Source of the DNA: Bdellovibrionota bacterium
Lineage (GTDB): Bacteria; Bdellovibrionota_C; UBA2361; JAAYZI01
DNA: 64,000 bases
Assembly: GCA_050950765.1 (NCBI GenBank)
Contig: JBMNIF010000002.1
Span: 32,001 to 96,000 of the forward strand
Reading direction: 5' to 3'
The position numbers and the translations under genes are program-made. Positions 42,808 to 52,805 of this stretch are shown piece after piece. Numbering within the stretch: the stretch's first letter is position 1; every line of letters begins with the position of its first letter. Under the pieces are notes generated by a model, which made no database searches, was not told where the DNA came from, and worked only from the letters and a program-made list of their open reading frames with translations.

Positions 42808-43602
42808 TTAAAAATCTGGTGCCACCCTTCTTTTTTGCCGCTTTGGCGGCTTAAGCGATTTGACGCGATAGTTCGGCGAATTTGGTGCCACCCACCAGTT
42901 AAAGTGGGTGTCCTAATTGGGGCAGGGGTCGAAAATTTGGTGCCACCCACCAGTGCTAAAAAACTCTAAAATTGTAATAGCTAATAATATCAGTATGTTA
43001 GCAAAAGTCCTGCATTCGGCGAATTTGGTGCCACCCTTCTTTGTTGCAGGCTGTCGCTGGTGCCACCCACTAGGGACGATTGAACGGGTGGACGAATTTG
43101 GTGCCACCCACCAGTTAAAAGTGGGTGTCCTAATTGGCAGCTAGTAATATCAGTATGCTAGTAAAAGTCCTACATTCGGCGAATTTGGTGCCACCCTTCT
43201 TTTTTGCCGCTTTGACGGCTTTGGTCAAAAATTTGGTGCCACCCTTCAGTTTGAGCGGATCTTAACGGCTTGTCACTGGTGCCACCCACCAGTGTTACAA
43301 GACTCTAAAATCAGGATAGCCAATAATATCAAGATGTTAGCAAAAGCTTAGCATTCGGCGAATTTGGTGCCACCCTTCAGGGACAGCAGGACGGGCTGCA
43401 ACTGCAAAACAGATCGGTTAGGTTTCTACGGAGGTTAAAAATTTGGTGCCACCCTTTAGGGACAATTACCCTCCACCCACTAGGGGCGCTTGAGCGGGCT
43501 GATACAGAAAAGCGAATTAGCCAGATTTTCTACGGAGGTTAAAAATTTGAGCGGGCTACAACTGCAAAACGGATTCGGCTAGGTTTCTACGGAGGTCAAA
43601 AC
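42808..43602 (+). repeat. Mosaic repeat array 3
   Basis: Eleven exact TGGTGCCACCC cores, all on the plus strand. Confidence 0.92.
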
Positions 43603-43604
43603 TC

Positions 43605-45053
43605 TTAACCTTGCTTTTTTAAGCTCTCTGCAATTTTTAAAATTTGCTGCGTAGCTTTTTTGACATCATTCAACGTGCCGTTTCCGCCGACACAACCACC
43701 TTCACAACACATCACTTCCACCAAATTACCTTCAGGGCAAACTTTATCTTTGGCAAATTTTCTTAACTTTCTAATTGAGTCTTTATTTAATCCGTCAATT
43801 AAGCACGGCTCAAGTTTAACTTCAGGTTTTAAAGCATTTTTTACGGCTGTAGCAACTCCGTTAGTTATACCGAAATTTTTACCATCAACGGAACTAAAAT
43901 CAGGGAAAGCAGATTCTTCACATTCTAGAATTTCAATATGTTCTGCAACAAACCACGCACCTAATTCTTTATAGTTAATAACATAATCAACATTAGGATT
44001 ATCTCTTCCCTCAACACGCTTAGCAGCACACGGACTAACAAAAACTGTTACGCTTTGCGGATGAAGCCGTTTAACTATCTCTGCCGTATAATAGAGTGGT
44101 GTTTGAGTATCAGAAACAAACTCCAACAGATCTGGGATATGTTTATTTAAAAGTTGTCTATACCCTGCACAACACGAAGTCGTCATAAAAGGTTGCCCCT
44201 GATCCATTCTTTCCGCAAACTCAGCAGCTTCATTAGAGATCGTAACATCAGCACCTTGCGCCACTTCATAAACATCTGAAAATCCCAATTTCAGAGCAGC
44301 ACTACGCAGTTGCCCCATTGTTCCCGGCATCTGCCCTGCAATAGAGGGTGCCAACATGGCGATAACTTCTTTGCCTTGCTTAATATCCCTCAATATATCG
44401 ACGATCTGACTTTTTTCATGCACCGCACCAAACGGACAAGCCGCAATACACTTCCCGCAATTTAAACACATTTCAAAATCTATCTTAGCCAAGCCACCTT
44501 CATCTTTAGAAATGGCACCAACTGGACAAGCATCCTCACACGGCACCGTAATTTTAACGATGGCATTATACGGGCAAGCTGCAATACACATCTTACAGTT
44601 TTTACACTTTTCACGATCAATAAAGGCTTTGCCATTCTGCATATAAATTGCATCAAACTTGCAGATACTTTGACACGGTCGCGCCACACACCCTTGACAC
44701 AGATCAGTCACAAAAACTCTATTAGGAGTACAGCCTTTACACGCCGTATCTAAAACCGTCAAAATATTTCTCTCAGGAGCCTCACGCTTCAACGCTTTTT
44801 TAGCCAAGTCACGCAAAGAGGTACTTTCCTCAACCTCATCAATAGCGAAACCTAAACTTGCAACCACCCGATCTCTGAGAATAGCGCGCTCTTTATATGT
44901 GCAGCACCTGTAAGTGACCTCAGATCCCTTTGGACGCATCTCATAAGGGATGATTCTAACATTTTCTGCAAAATCACCAGAATCAAAAGCCTTAATCAAT
45001 CTGACCAAAACTTCTTTTTTTAAACGTATCGCCTGATCATTATTATTGTTCAT
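43605..45053 (-). CDS. Monomeric [FeFe]-hydrogenase with ferredoxin-like [4Fe-4S] domains (group B-like)
   Basis: H-cluster motifs TSCCAGY, SPCAAKR and EVMCCEGGCVGG; several CxxCxxCxxxCP motifs. Confidence 0.88.
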   Translation of the reverse strand: MNNNNDQAIRLKKEVLVRLIKAFDSGDFAENVRIIPYEMRPKGSEVTYRCCTYKERAILRDRVVASLGFAIDEVEESTSLRDLAKKALKREAPERNILTVLDTACKGCTPNRVFVTDLCQGCVARPCQSICKFDAIYMQNGKAFIDREKCKNCKMCIAACPYNAIVKITVPCEDACPVGAISKDEGGLAKIDFEMCLNCGKCIAACPFGAVHEKSQIVDILRDIKQGKEVIAMLAPSIAGQMPGTMGQLRSAALKLGFSDVYEVAQGADVTISNEAAEFAERMDQGQPFMTTSCCAGYRQLLNKHIPDLLEFVSDTQTPLYYTAEIVKRLHPQSVTVFVSPCAAKRVEGRDNPNVDYVINYKELGAWFVAEHIEILECEESAFPDFSSVDGKNFGITNGVATAVKNALKPEVKLEPCLIDGLNKDSIRKLRKFAKDKVCPEGNLVEVMCCEGGCVGGNGTLNDVKKATQQILKIAESLKKQG

Positions 45054-45309
45054 CTTCTAACTTCTTATCAATCGCAACCAAAACCTTTTCAATAGTGGCT
45101 TCAGAAATAACTTCATCATCAATCCTAACATACGGGGCTTTAGAATACTCCCAATTGACAGCACATAAGCTGAGACATGGACTCCTCACAACCTCAACCT
45201 TATCGCCATATCTGCTCGGAATAATCTCCATCAACTCTTGCAGATTAGAAGAGCCCATCACAAAACAGGTCGTTCCAAGGCAAACTTTGACTGTTATCTT
45301 TTCCATATT
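45043..45309 (-). CDS. Thioredoxin-like [2Fe-2S] ferredoxin (NuoE-like) small protein
   Basis: VCLGTTCFVMG and CLSLC...APYVRID. Confidence 0.8.
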   Translation of the reverse strand, partial: NMEKITVKVCLGTTCFVMGSSNLQELMEIIPSRYGDKVEVVRSPCLSLCAVNWEYSKAPYVRIDDEVISEATIEKVLVAIDKKLEDEQ

Positions 45310-45314
45310 ACACC

Positions 45315-46478
45315 TCACATATATTGAATCAAAACCTTTTTAAGGTACTTTTCCTCAAGCAACTTAGCTATCTTTTTTACCACCGTTTTACGCACCTCAA
45401 TCTCCACAGGGAAACGAGGATCGTAATGAGCCTGATTTATTTTGGCACCAACCATAAAATTCACGCAGTCATTATTCAAAAAGAATCTTACTAAGTGCCC
45501 AGCAGCATCGTCTGCTGTTGTCTCATTCTTTTCGAGGTATTCCACCGCCTTAGAAAGGGTCAAGATCCCCTCCGTTACTAGATCAATTCCTTGCATATAT
45601 GAGAGAGCAGGTAAAGACCCGTTATTTAGTGAGAACTTATTTTCTATCGGAATACCCAACTCTCTGGAGATTAAATTAGCAGTCGTCCCACCACATATAG
45701 CCTTATCGCCTTTAAAATTTTTAAATATATTGGCATAAAATCCGTCCTTATCTGCATAGTACGGAGGCCCTGTAAAAACAAGGGCTTCTCGAGGATCTCT
45801 GCAATAAACAGAGACTGCCGAAATATCATCATGTGCCTGTTGTTCTACTTCAATTTGTAAGGCATACCTCACAACTTGCTGTGCCAACTCTCGACTTGAT
45901 ATTAAAGGATCGTGCGCAATCTCCTTTAAAACAAGATCAATTAAACCACTTCTTCTTAAACCTAGTTTAAATTGTGGATTCCCCAACCCCGCTTGCGTCA
46001 CACCGTCAGAACAAAAGAGCAAGCGATCAAACTTTTCCAAAGAGATCTTATAAATACGCATATGTCGATTAGGAAAAGCTTTTGATGTAATTACCGTAGA
46101 ATCCGGCTGTAAAACGTAGCCTTCTCTGATCCAAACAAATTGAGGATTCCCCTCTTCAACAATAGTAACTTCACCATCATCACTACAATCAAAAACTGAA
46201 AAGGTAGAATAACTGATCTTCCGCACCTTACAAACAGGCAAGGCGTTCATAATAATTTCACACGATTTACCGATATCAGAGTCAGCCTTAACAAATTTCA
46301 GCAACATTGTCGCCGTCATTGTAGCTAAAATATTCGCTTTTACTCCACTGCCAAGCCCATCAGAAAGAACAGCAATTAACCTGCCGAAATCTTGATACCG
46401 TCTAGAAATAAAGAAATCGCCATAAGTATGCTGCTTATGTTTTTTTTCTTGGCTACAATCAATGTCTATAAACATCAA
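45315..46478 (-). CDS. SpoIIE/PP2C-type Ser/Thr phosphatase (HfsC-like)
   Basis: Motifs YGDFF, VLSDGLGSGVKA, CSDGVTQAG and HDDIS, plus C-terminal CGGTTA and VTEGILTL. Confidence 0.88.
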   Translation of the reverse strand: MMFIDIDCSQEKKHKQHTYGDFFISRRYQDFGRLIAVLSDGLGSGVKANILATMTATMLLKFVKADSDIGKSCEIIMNALPVCKVRKISYSTFSVFDCSDDGEVTIVEEGNPQFVWIREGYVLQPDSTVITSKAFPNRHMRIYKISLEKFDRLLFCSDGVTQAGLGNPQFKLGLRRSGLIDLVLKEIAHDPLISSRELAQQVVRYALQIEVEQQAHDDISAVSVYCRDPREALVFTGPPYYADKDGFYANIFKNFKGDKAICGGTTANLISRELGIPIENKFSLNNGSLPALSYMQGIDLVTEGILTLSKAVEYLEKNETTADDAAGHLVRFFLNNDCVNFMVGAKINQAHYDPRFPVEIEVRKTVVKKIAKLLEEKYLKKVLIQYM

Positions 46479-48196
46479 TCAATATCCTCATCTTTATCGA
46501 GATTAAAGTTTTCTGCAATGGAGGCGAGCAGCAGCTCTGTGTCAACCATATGTTCCCCCAAGAGGCAGGCGATCTCTTGCACCACAGAAATGTTTTTCGA
46601 AATTACAGCTCGAGCTTTTCTCGCAATCTTTTCTCTATCGCTCTCCGATTGAGTCACATCAGAGATAACGGCTCCAACAATAGTATGCGGCTCTATCGTA
46701 AAAGCTGTAATGTCATAAAGACGACCATTAAGGGGATAATGCTCTTTATGTAGATCCTTTCCTGATTTTAAAGCACTTTTCATAATAGGAGAGAGTTTAA
46801 CAACCTTATCAAGCTCAGCATTCGCCAAACCCTCTGGCAAAGCGGCATAAAGATCATAAGAATCTCCGCAAAACATACGCATAAAAGCATCATTAGCTTC
46901 AGTAATATTTAATTTATCATCAACCATCACAATAGCAGCTGGCATAGAGCGTAACATCGCTGCCGCTTTTCTCGTGGCAATTTTTCTCATATAGGAAACG
47001 CACATCGAAGATTCTGCCTCTCCTGCTAACATAGCACACGCCAAATCTCTACAAGTTTGGTAACCACAACCACCACAATTTAATTCATCATCTTCATTGT
47101 ATTTTCCGATCTTCTGCATGGCAGCAACGATCTCATTTAAGGTGAAATTAGCCTCCTTTATCGGTTGCGCCTGATATTCTTCAGCAAGTACGAGAGCGGG
47201 CTCTTGCGGAATTTTTTCTCTTTCTTTAACTCGCGATAAAATATTTGAATTGATAGTAATCGTTGCTTTTGAAGTTGAGATAGACGGACCATTTATGCAG
47301 CCGCCATCGCACGCCAACGCTTCAACAAAGATCTTTTTATCGATACTACTTTCTGTTAAACCGTGTAATGATTTCTGAAAAGATTGCAAAGAACTGACGG
47401 TCATAAGTTGGACATCTTGTGGAATTCCGATTTTTTTTATCGTTTCATTCATGCCACCTTCAATGGGATACAACCCTCCCTCATGAGCATGATCTGGCAC
47501 AAAGATATCTTGATCTGTAATTTCAAGATCATCAGAATCTGCCTGCGATTCTTTAATCCAGAACTTTAAGCCTTCAAAAGTTAACGCCGCAGCGAGCAGA
47601 TCGGGATGACGCGCAGCTTCATTTTTTTTGCCGATACACGGCCCAATAAAAACTACAATACAATCCTGCCCAAAATACTCTTTTAACATCTTAGCATGAG
47701 TTAAAGCTGGAGAAGCGATGGGAGTAATATTTTTTACATATTCCGCATCATAACACCGTACATAGTCAACTATTACAGGGCAGGCGCTGGAGATATACAA
47801 ACCGTTAGGGGCATCTTTTAACATTTTAGCAGTTTGAATCGAAACCTGCTGTGCTCCCAAAGCCGTTTCGCTAACATAGTGAAAGCCTAACCTTTTAAGA
47901 ATGGCTATCATTTTAGAAGGTGAATAATCAAAGACGCCCGCCCAACTTGGTGCTAAAGAAGCTATAACTTTTTTACCTGTGGCAAAGATCTCTGGCATTC
48001 TATCGTTATCACGACGTACTCTTTTAGCATTACTCGGACAAATTCTAACGCAATGCCCGCAAGCTATGCACTTATCGTTGATAACAGAGGCGTGGTTATC
48101 TTTGATCTTGATGGCCTTAACAAGACACTCCCTTACACATCTGTAACAGTCATGACATTCGTTCTGCAATGTATATACAGGACATAGATCATCCAT
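46475..48196 (-). CDS. PAS-domain sensory [FeFe]-hydrogenase (HydS/HfsB-like, group C)
   Basis: N-terminal 2x[4Fe-4S]; variant motifs SSACP, GPCIGKK and EALACDGGCING; FeS motif NCGGCGYQTC; C-terminal PAS-like domain. Confidence 0.88.
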   Translation of the reverse strand: MDDLCPVYTLQNECHDCYRCVRECLVKAIKIKDNHASVINDKCIACGHCVRICPSNAKRVRRDNDRMPEIFATGKKVIASLAPSWAGVFDYSPSKMIAILKRLGFHYVSETALGAQQVSIQTAKMLKDAPNGLYISSACPVIVDYVRCYDAEYVKNITPIASPALTHAKMLKEYFGQDCIVVFIGPCIGKKNEAARHPDLLAAALTFEGLKFWIKESQADSDDLEITDQDIFVPDHAHEGGLYPIEGGMNETIKKIGIPQDVQLMTVSSLQSFQKSLHGLTESSIDKKIFVEALACDGGCINGPSISTSKATITINSNILSRVKEREKIPQEPALVLAEEYQAQPIKEANFTLNEIVAAMQKIGKYNEDDELNCGGCGYQTCRDLACAMLAGEAESSMCVSYMRKIATRKAAAMLRSMPAAIVMVDDKLNITEANDAFMRMFCGDSYDLYAALPEGLANAELDKVVKLSPIMKSALKSGKDLHKEHYPLNGRLYDITAFTIEPHTIVGAVISDVTQSESDREKIARKARAVISKNISVVQEIACLLGEHMVDTELLLASIAENFNLDKDEDID

Positions 48197-48440
48197 CCTT
48201 TAACCCTTTTAAAATTTCTTGCAACTTCTCTTGAGTTACTTGCGTATAAGAAACACCGTTCACCTTTAAATTAGGACCATCCTGACACTTCCCCTCACAA
48301 CCGAGACCCACAAGATCTATTTTAGCATCTAAGCCATTGTCACTGATATATCGTTCTATAAGTTCTAAATTTCTATCATTCCCCCTCGCAAAACAGGCAC
48401 TGCCCATACATATTTTTACTTCAACCTTCATTCTTTCCAT
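48189..48440 (-). CDS. Thioredoxin-like [2Fe-2S] ferredoxin (HfsA-like)
   Basis: ICMGSACFARG and CEGKCQDGPN. Confidence 0.85.
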   Translation of the reverse strand: MERMKVEVKICMGSACFARGNDRNLELIERYISDNGLDAKIDLVGLGCEGKCQDGPNLKVNGVSYTQVTQEKLQEILKGLKDG

Positions 48441-49056
48441 CCTTGTAATGCACGGTAAAGCGCAAAAAATTACCGATTAAATTTTCGTTCCAGACCTGTA
48501 CGGTATCCGGCACCGTTAATACCGTCGGAGAAAAATTCCAGATCAATTTTATCCCTGCCGACACTAAAATTTCAGCCACCTCCTGAGCAACTTGTCGAGG
48601 AACTGTTAGAATTGCTATTTCAACATTTAATCTCTGCACCAGATTTTGCAGTTTGCTGATATGAAAGATCTCTTTACCGTTTACTGTTGCTCCGATTCGC
48701 AACGGATCATTATCAAATAACGCCAAAATATTTAGTCCATAGTCCGTAAAGTTATCGTACTTCGCCAGAGCAAACCCTAGATTACCGGCGCCAACAATAA
48801 AAGCATCCTTAGGCTCCTCAAAGCCTAATGTTTTTTCGATAGAAGCTCTTAGTTCCGCCATATCATACCCAACTTTACACCGCCCAGAGTTGTTGAGTAA
48901 TCTTAAGTCTTTTCTAACTTGTGAATCGTCTATCTTTAACAGTTCAGCAATACGAGGGCTAGAGATGGTGACCTCCCCCTTTTCCAAACGGTCTATCAGT
49001 ATACAGTGATAGAGCGTTAAACGTTCGATCACCTTTTGAGATAGTTGCTTTGACAT
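48421..49056 (-). CDS. rex: Redox-sensing transcriptional repressor Rex
   Basis: Motifs ERLTLY, SQVRKDL, GRCKVGY, IVGAGNLG and IWNFSP; an alternative TTG start lies at 49068. Confidence 0.93.
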   Translation of the reverse strand: MSKQLSQKVIERLTLYHCILIDRLEKGEVTISSPRIAELLKIDDSQVRKDLRLLNNSGRCKVGYDMAELRASIEKTLGFEEPKDAFIVGAGNLGFALAKYDNFTDYGLNILALFDNDPLRIGATVNGKEIFHISKLQNLVQRLNVEIAILTVPRQVAQEVAEILVSAGIKLIWNFSPTVLTVPDTVQVWNENLIGNFLRFTVHYKDGKNEG

Positions 49057-49064
49057 TTTTTTGC

Positions 49065-51695
49065 TCAAACTCCTTCAAAAGCCTGTACAAAAATTTCTCT
49101 TATCTCACTCATTAGTGGATAAGCAGGATTAGCACCCGTACACTGATCATCAAAGGCCAACTCTACGAGGGTATCCAGTTTTTCGTAGAAGTCAGATTCT
49201 GACACACCAGCAGCACGTATTGATAGTGGAATATTAAGTTCCTTTTTTAATTCTGTTATAGCACAAATCAAAGACTCAACTTTTTCTTGATCGGTCTCCC
49301 CCGCCAGTCCCAACTCATCTGCTATCTGTGCATAACGCGCTCTTCCGTTTGGAAAACGATACTGCGGAAAGGTAGCTTGTTTTGTTGGGCAATCATTGGA
49401 ATTAAAGCGGATAACCTGATTAATAATCAACGCATTAGCGATTCCGTGCGGCAAATTAAAAGCTGCTCCAAGCTTGTGCGCCATAGAGTGACACAATCCA
49501 AGAAAGGCATTAGCAAAGGCCATCCCAGCTAAGGTTGAAGCATAGTGCATTTTTTCTCTAGCAATCGGATCGTTTTTCCCATTTTTATAAGAACGGGGTA
49601 AATAACGGAAGATTAACTTTATCGCTTCCAAAGCAGGAGAATTGGTAAAATTAGTCGCCAACACTGAAGCATAAGCTTCTAAAGAATGTGTTAAAGAATC
49701 AATTCCTGAAGCAGCACACAGCCCCTGCGGCATGGAATCAACAAAATTAGGATCGATAATCGCCATATTTGGTGTTAAGGCATAATCTGCGATCGGATAT
49801 TTGATATGTGTCTCATCATCAGTAATAACGGCAAACGGCGTTACTTCTGAACCTGTACCGGAAGTAGTCGGGATAGCTACCATTAGAGCTTTTTTACCAA
49901 GTTCTGGCACCTGACAGATACGCTTCCTGATATCCATAAAACGCATAGCGATATTATCAAAAGAGATCTCAGGTTGTTCATACATCAACCATAATATTTT
50001 AGCTGCATCTATCGGAGATCCGCCACCTAAAGCGATAATAACATCGGGCTCATAAGTTTTTAGCATAACCAGAGCTTCATTTATCGTCGAAGTGGAAGGA
50101 TCAGGTTTGACATCAAAATAGATCTGATAATCGATCCCAACTTCTGCTAAAACACTCGTAACTCGATCTACCATATTTGAATTAAACAGATACCGATCTG
50201 TCACAATAAAGGCGCGTTTTCTACCTACTAACTCCCTTAAGGCCAGATCGGTAGCACCACGCTTAAAATAAATTTTCGGTGGAACCTTAAACCACAACAT
50301 ATTCTCCCTCCTCTCTGCCACAGTCTTATAATTTAAAAGATGCTTTACTCCGACATTTTCACTTACAGAATTACCACCCCAAGATCCGCAGCCTAAAGTT
50401 AAGGATGGTTCAAGTCTGAAATTATAAAGATCACCGATTCCACCTTGAGAAGATGGTGTGTTAATTAAGATCCTCCCCGTATTTAGCTTAGCAGCAAAGG
50501 CAGCTATGCGATCTTTTTTTCTATCATCCGTATACAATACTGAAGTATGTCCAGCTCCGCCCAACTGCACCAAGTGATAAGCTTTTTCAAGCGCCTCTTT
50601 AAAATCTTCCGCTTGATACAATGCGATAACAGGCGATAATTTTTCATAAGAGAACTCCTCCTCTAACGATATCTCCGTCACCTCGCCGACTAGAATCTTA
50701 GTCCATTGCGGCACACTTATCCCAGCAAGTTGTGCAATCTTACAAGCAGGTTGTCCAACAATTGCTGCATTAACCTGTCCATTAATAATTACCGTTTTAG
50801 CGACTGCTGCTTTCTCTTCCTCATTAAGGATATATGCTCCGCGCCGCTGCAACTCTGCCACGACCGCCGCATAAACCTCTTTTAAGACGATGATTGATTG
50901 TTCAGAAGCGCAAATCATGCCGTTATCAAAGGTTTTTGACATAATAATTGATGAAACAGCCATCTGAATATCTGCCGTTTCATCTATCACGGCGGGAGTG
51001 TTTCCTGCACCAACTCCAAGTGCAGGCTTGCCTGAAGAATAGGCAGCCTTCACCATGCCAGGACCACCCGTTGCCAAGATTGTTGCGATATCTTTATGTG
51101 ACAAAAGATGATTAGTTAATTCCAAGGACGGCGTATCGATCCAACCGATAATATCAGCTGGTGCACCTGCTTTAACTGCCGCATCTAAAACGATCTTAGC
51201 AGCAGCGATCGTTGATTTTTTTGCACGTGGATGCGGAGAAAAAATTATCGCATTCCTCGTTTTAAGTGAGATTAAAGACTTAAAGATAGCGGTTGATGAC
51301 GGATTTGTCGTCGGTACAATACCGGCGATAATTCCTAACGGTTCCGCCACAATCTTTATCCCGTTAGCTTCATCTTCCTGAATCACACCGCAAGTTTTTG
51401 CATTTTTATGCTTATTGTATACGTACTCAGAGGCAAAATGATTTTTTATCACCTTGTCCTCCAATACCCCCATCCCCGTCTCTTCGACAGCCATCCGCGC
51501 CAATTCAATACGGGCAACATTAGCTGCAATAGCACCTGCCTTAAAAATCCTATCAACTTGATCTTGTGAATATTTAGCGTAGATTTCTTGTGATTTTTTT
51601 ACCCTATTGATTAGATTATCTAACTTTTCAATATTATCGACTAACATACTTGATTCATTATCTATCTCTTTATTTTCTAGTGATTTTTGAGCCAT
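49065..51695 (-). CDS. adhE: Bifunctional acetaldehyde-CoA/alcohol dehydrogenase
   Basis: Motifs TFDNGMICASEQ, EKLSP, LGCGSWGGNS, GGGSPID, PTTSGTGSE and HSMAH...HG. Confidence 0.97.
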   Translation of the reverse strand: MAQKSLENKEIDNESSMLVDNIEKLDNLINRVKKSQEIYAKYSQDQVDRIFKAGAIAANVARIELARMAVEETGMGVLEDKVIKNHFASEYVYNKHKNAKTCGVIQEDEANGIKIVAEPLGIIAGIVPTTNPSSTAIFKSLISLKTRNAIIFSPHPRAKKSTIAAAKIVLDAAVKAGAPADIIGWIDTPSLELTNHLLSHKDIATILATGGPGMVKAAYSSGKPALGVGAGNTPAVIDETADIQMAVSSIIMSKTFDNGMICASEQSIIVLKEVYAAVVAELQRRGAYILNEEEKAAVAKTVIINGQVNAAIVGQPACKIAQLAGISVPQWTKILVGEVTEISLEEEFSYEKLSPVIALYQAEDFKEALEKAYHLVQLGGAGHTSVLYTDDRKKDRIAAFAAKLNTGRILINTPSSQGGIGDLYNFRLEPSLTLGCGSWGGNSVSENVGVKHLLNYKTVAERRENMLWFKVPPKIYFKRGATDLALRELVGRKRAFIVTDRYLFNSNMVDRVTSVLAEVGIDYQIYFDVKPDPSTSTINEALVMLKTYEPDVIIALGGGSPIDAAKILWLMYEQPEISFDNIAMRFMDIRKRICQVPELGKKALMVAIPTTSGTGSEVTPFAVITDDETHIKYPIADYALTPNMAIIDPNFVDSMPQGLCAASGIDSLTHSLEAYASVLATNFTNSPALEAIKLIFRYLPRSYKNGKNDPIAREKMHYASTLAGMAFANAFLGLCHSMAHKLGAAFNLPHGIANALIINQVIRFNSNDCPTKQATFPQYRFPNGRARYAQIADELGLAGETDQEKVESLICAITELKKELNIPLSIRAAGVSESDFYEKLDTLVELAFDDQCTGANPAYPLMSEIREIFVQAFEGV

Positions 51696-51720
51696 TTTCT
51701 CTTCCTAAAAGCATTTTTAA

Positions 51721-51771
51721 TCGTGATTTATTTCACTATTTAACAATAAACCACCTCCACCCCCTCGTCAA
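51721..51771 (-). promoter_or_regulatory. adhE operon promoter with an adjacent Rex-like operator
   Basis: Minus strand TTGACG (51771-51766), 17 bp, TATTGT (51748-51743). The operator TCGTGAT-TTAT-TTCACTA (51721-51738) matches TTGTGAA-N4-TTCACAA at 11 of 14 positions. Confidence 0.7.
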
Positions 51772-51784
51772 GTCAATTTTGAAT

Positions 51785-52731
51785 AAAATTTGGTGCCACC
51801 CTTCTTTTTTACCGCTTTGACGGCTTAAGCGACTGGATGAATTTGGTGCCACCCACCACTTTAAAGAGATCTGGCTAGGCTTGGATCTGGTGCCACCCTT
51901 CAGGGACGATCGAACGGGCTGTGACTACAAAACGAATCGGTTAGGTTTTCACGAAGGTTAAAAATTGGTGCCACCCTTCTTTTTTGCCGTTTTGACAGCT
52001 TAAGCGACTGGATGAATTTGGTGCCACCCTTCAGGGACGATCGAACGGGCTGCAACTAAAAACGGATCAGTTAGGTTTCTACGGAGGTTAAAAATTTGGT
52101 GCCACCCTTCAGGGACGACTGGACGGGCTGATACTACAAAACGAATCGGTTAGGTTTCTACGGAGGTCAAAAATTTGGTGCCACCCTTCAGTTAAAGGTG
52201 GGTGTCCTAATTGGAAAGCTTCAGGGACGATCGAACGGGCTGCAACTAAAAACTGATCAGCTAGATGTTTACGGGGGTCAAAATTTGGTGCCACCCTTCA
52301 GGGACGACTGGACGGGCTGATACTACAAAACGAATCGGTTAGGTTTCTACGAAGGTCAAAAATTTGGTGCCACCCACCAGTGCTAAAAGACTCTAAAATT
52401 ACGATAGATAATAATATCAAGATGTTAGCAAAAGCTTAGTATTCGGCGAATTTGGTGCCACCCTTCAGGGACGATCGAACGGGCTGTGACTACAAAACGA
52501 ATCGGTTAGGTTTTCACGAAGGTTAAAAATTTGGTGCCACCCTTCAGTAGGGCTTGGATCTGGTGCCACCCTTCAGTAAAAAGTGGGTGTCCTAATTGGT
52601 AGCTAATAATATCAGTATGTTAGTAAAAGTCCTGCATTCGGCAGTTTTGGTGCCACCCACTAGTTAAAGGTGGGTGTCCTAATTGGAAAGCTTCAGGGAC
52701 GATTGAGCGGGCTGCAACTCCTTTAGGGACG
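51785..52731 (+). repeat. Mosaic repeat array 4
   Basis: Thirteen exact cores, with several ~79-bp module-A copies in tandem. Confidence 0.92.
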
Positions 52732-52805
52732 GTTTATTCTAAGTGGTATTAAAAACAGTAAAAAAATGGTAGTTATGCACCTAATTGAAGATAAGAGGTG
52801 TGTTT

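Noticed and set aside
42975..43005. Module B segment GCTAATAATATCAGTATGTTAGC as a dif/Xer site
   Set aside because: It resembles the XerD arm (TTATGTTAAAT) only partly, the spacer would be 5 bp rather than 6, and it occurs in many copies.
42765..43144. Short ORFs with repeated GWHQI / IWCHP / LVPP peptides (also 52109..52294 and 18406..18639)
   Set aside because: These are translations of the DNA repeat core in different frames; module lengths do not preserve frame.
42808..43602. TGGTGCCACCC arrays as CRISPR arrays
   Set aside because: The core is only 11-15 bp, spacer lengths vary widely (roughly 10-160 bp), spacers recur across arrays, and there are no cas genes.
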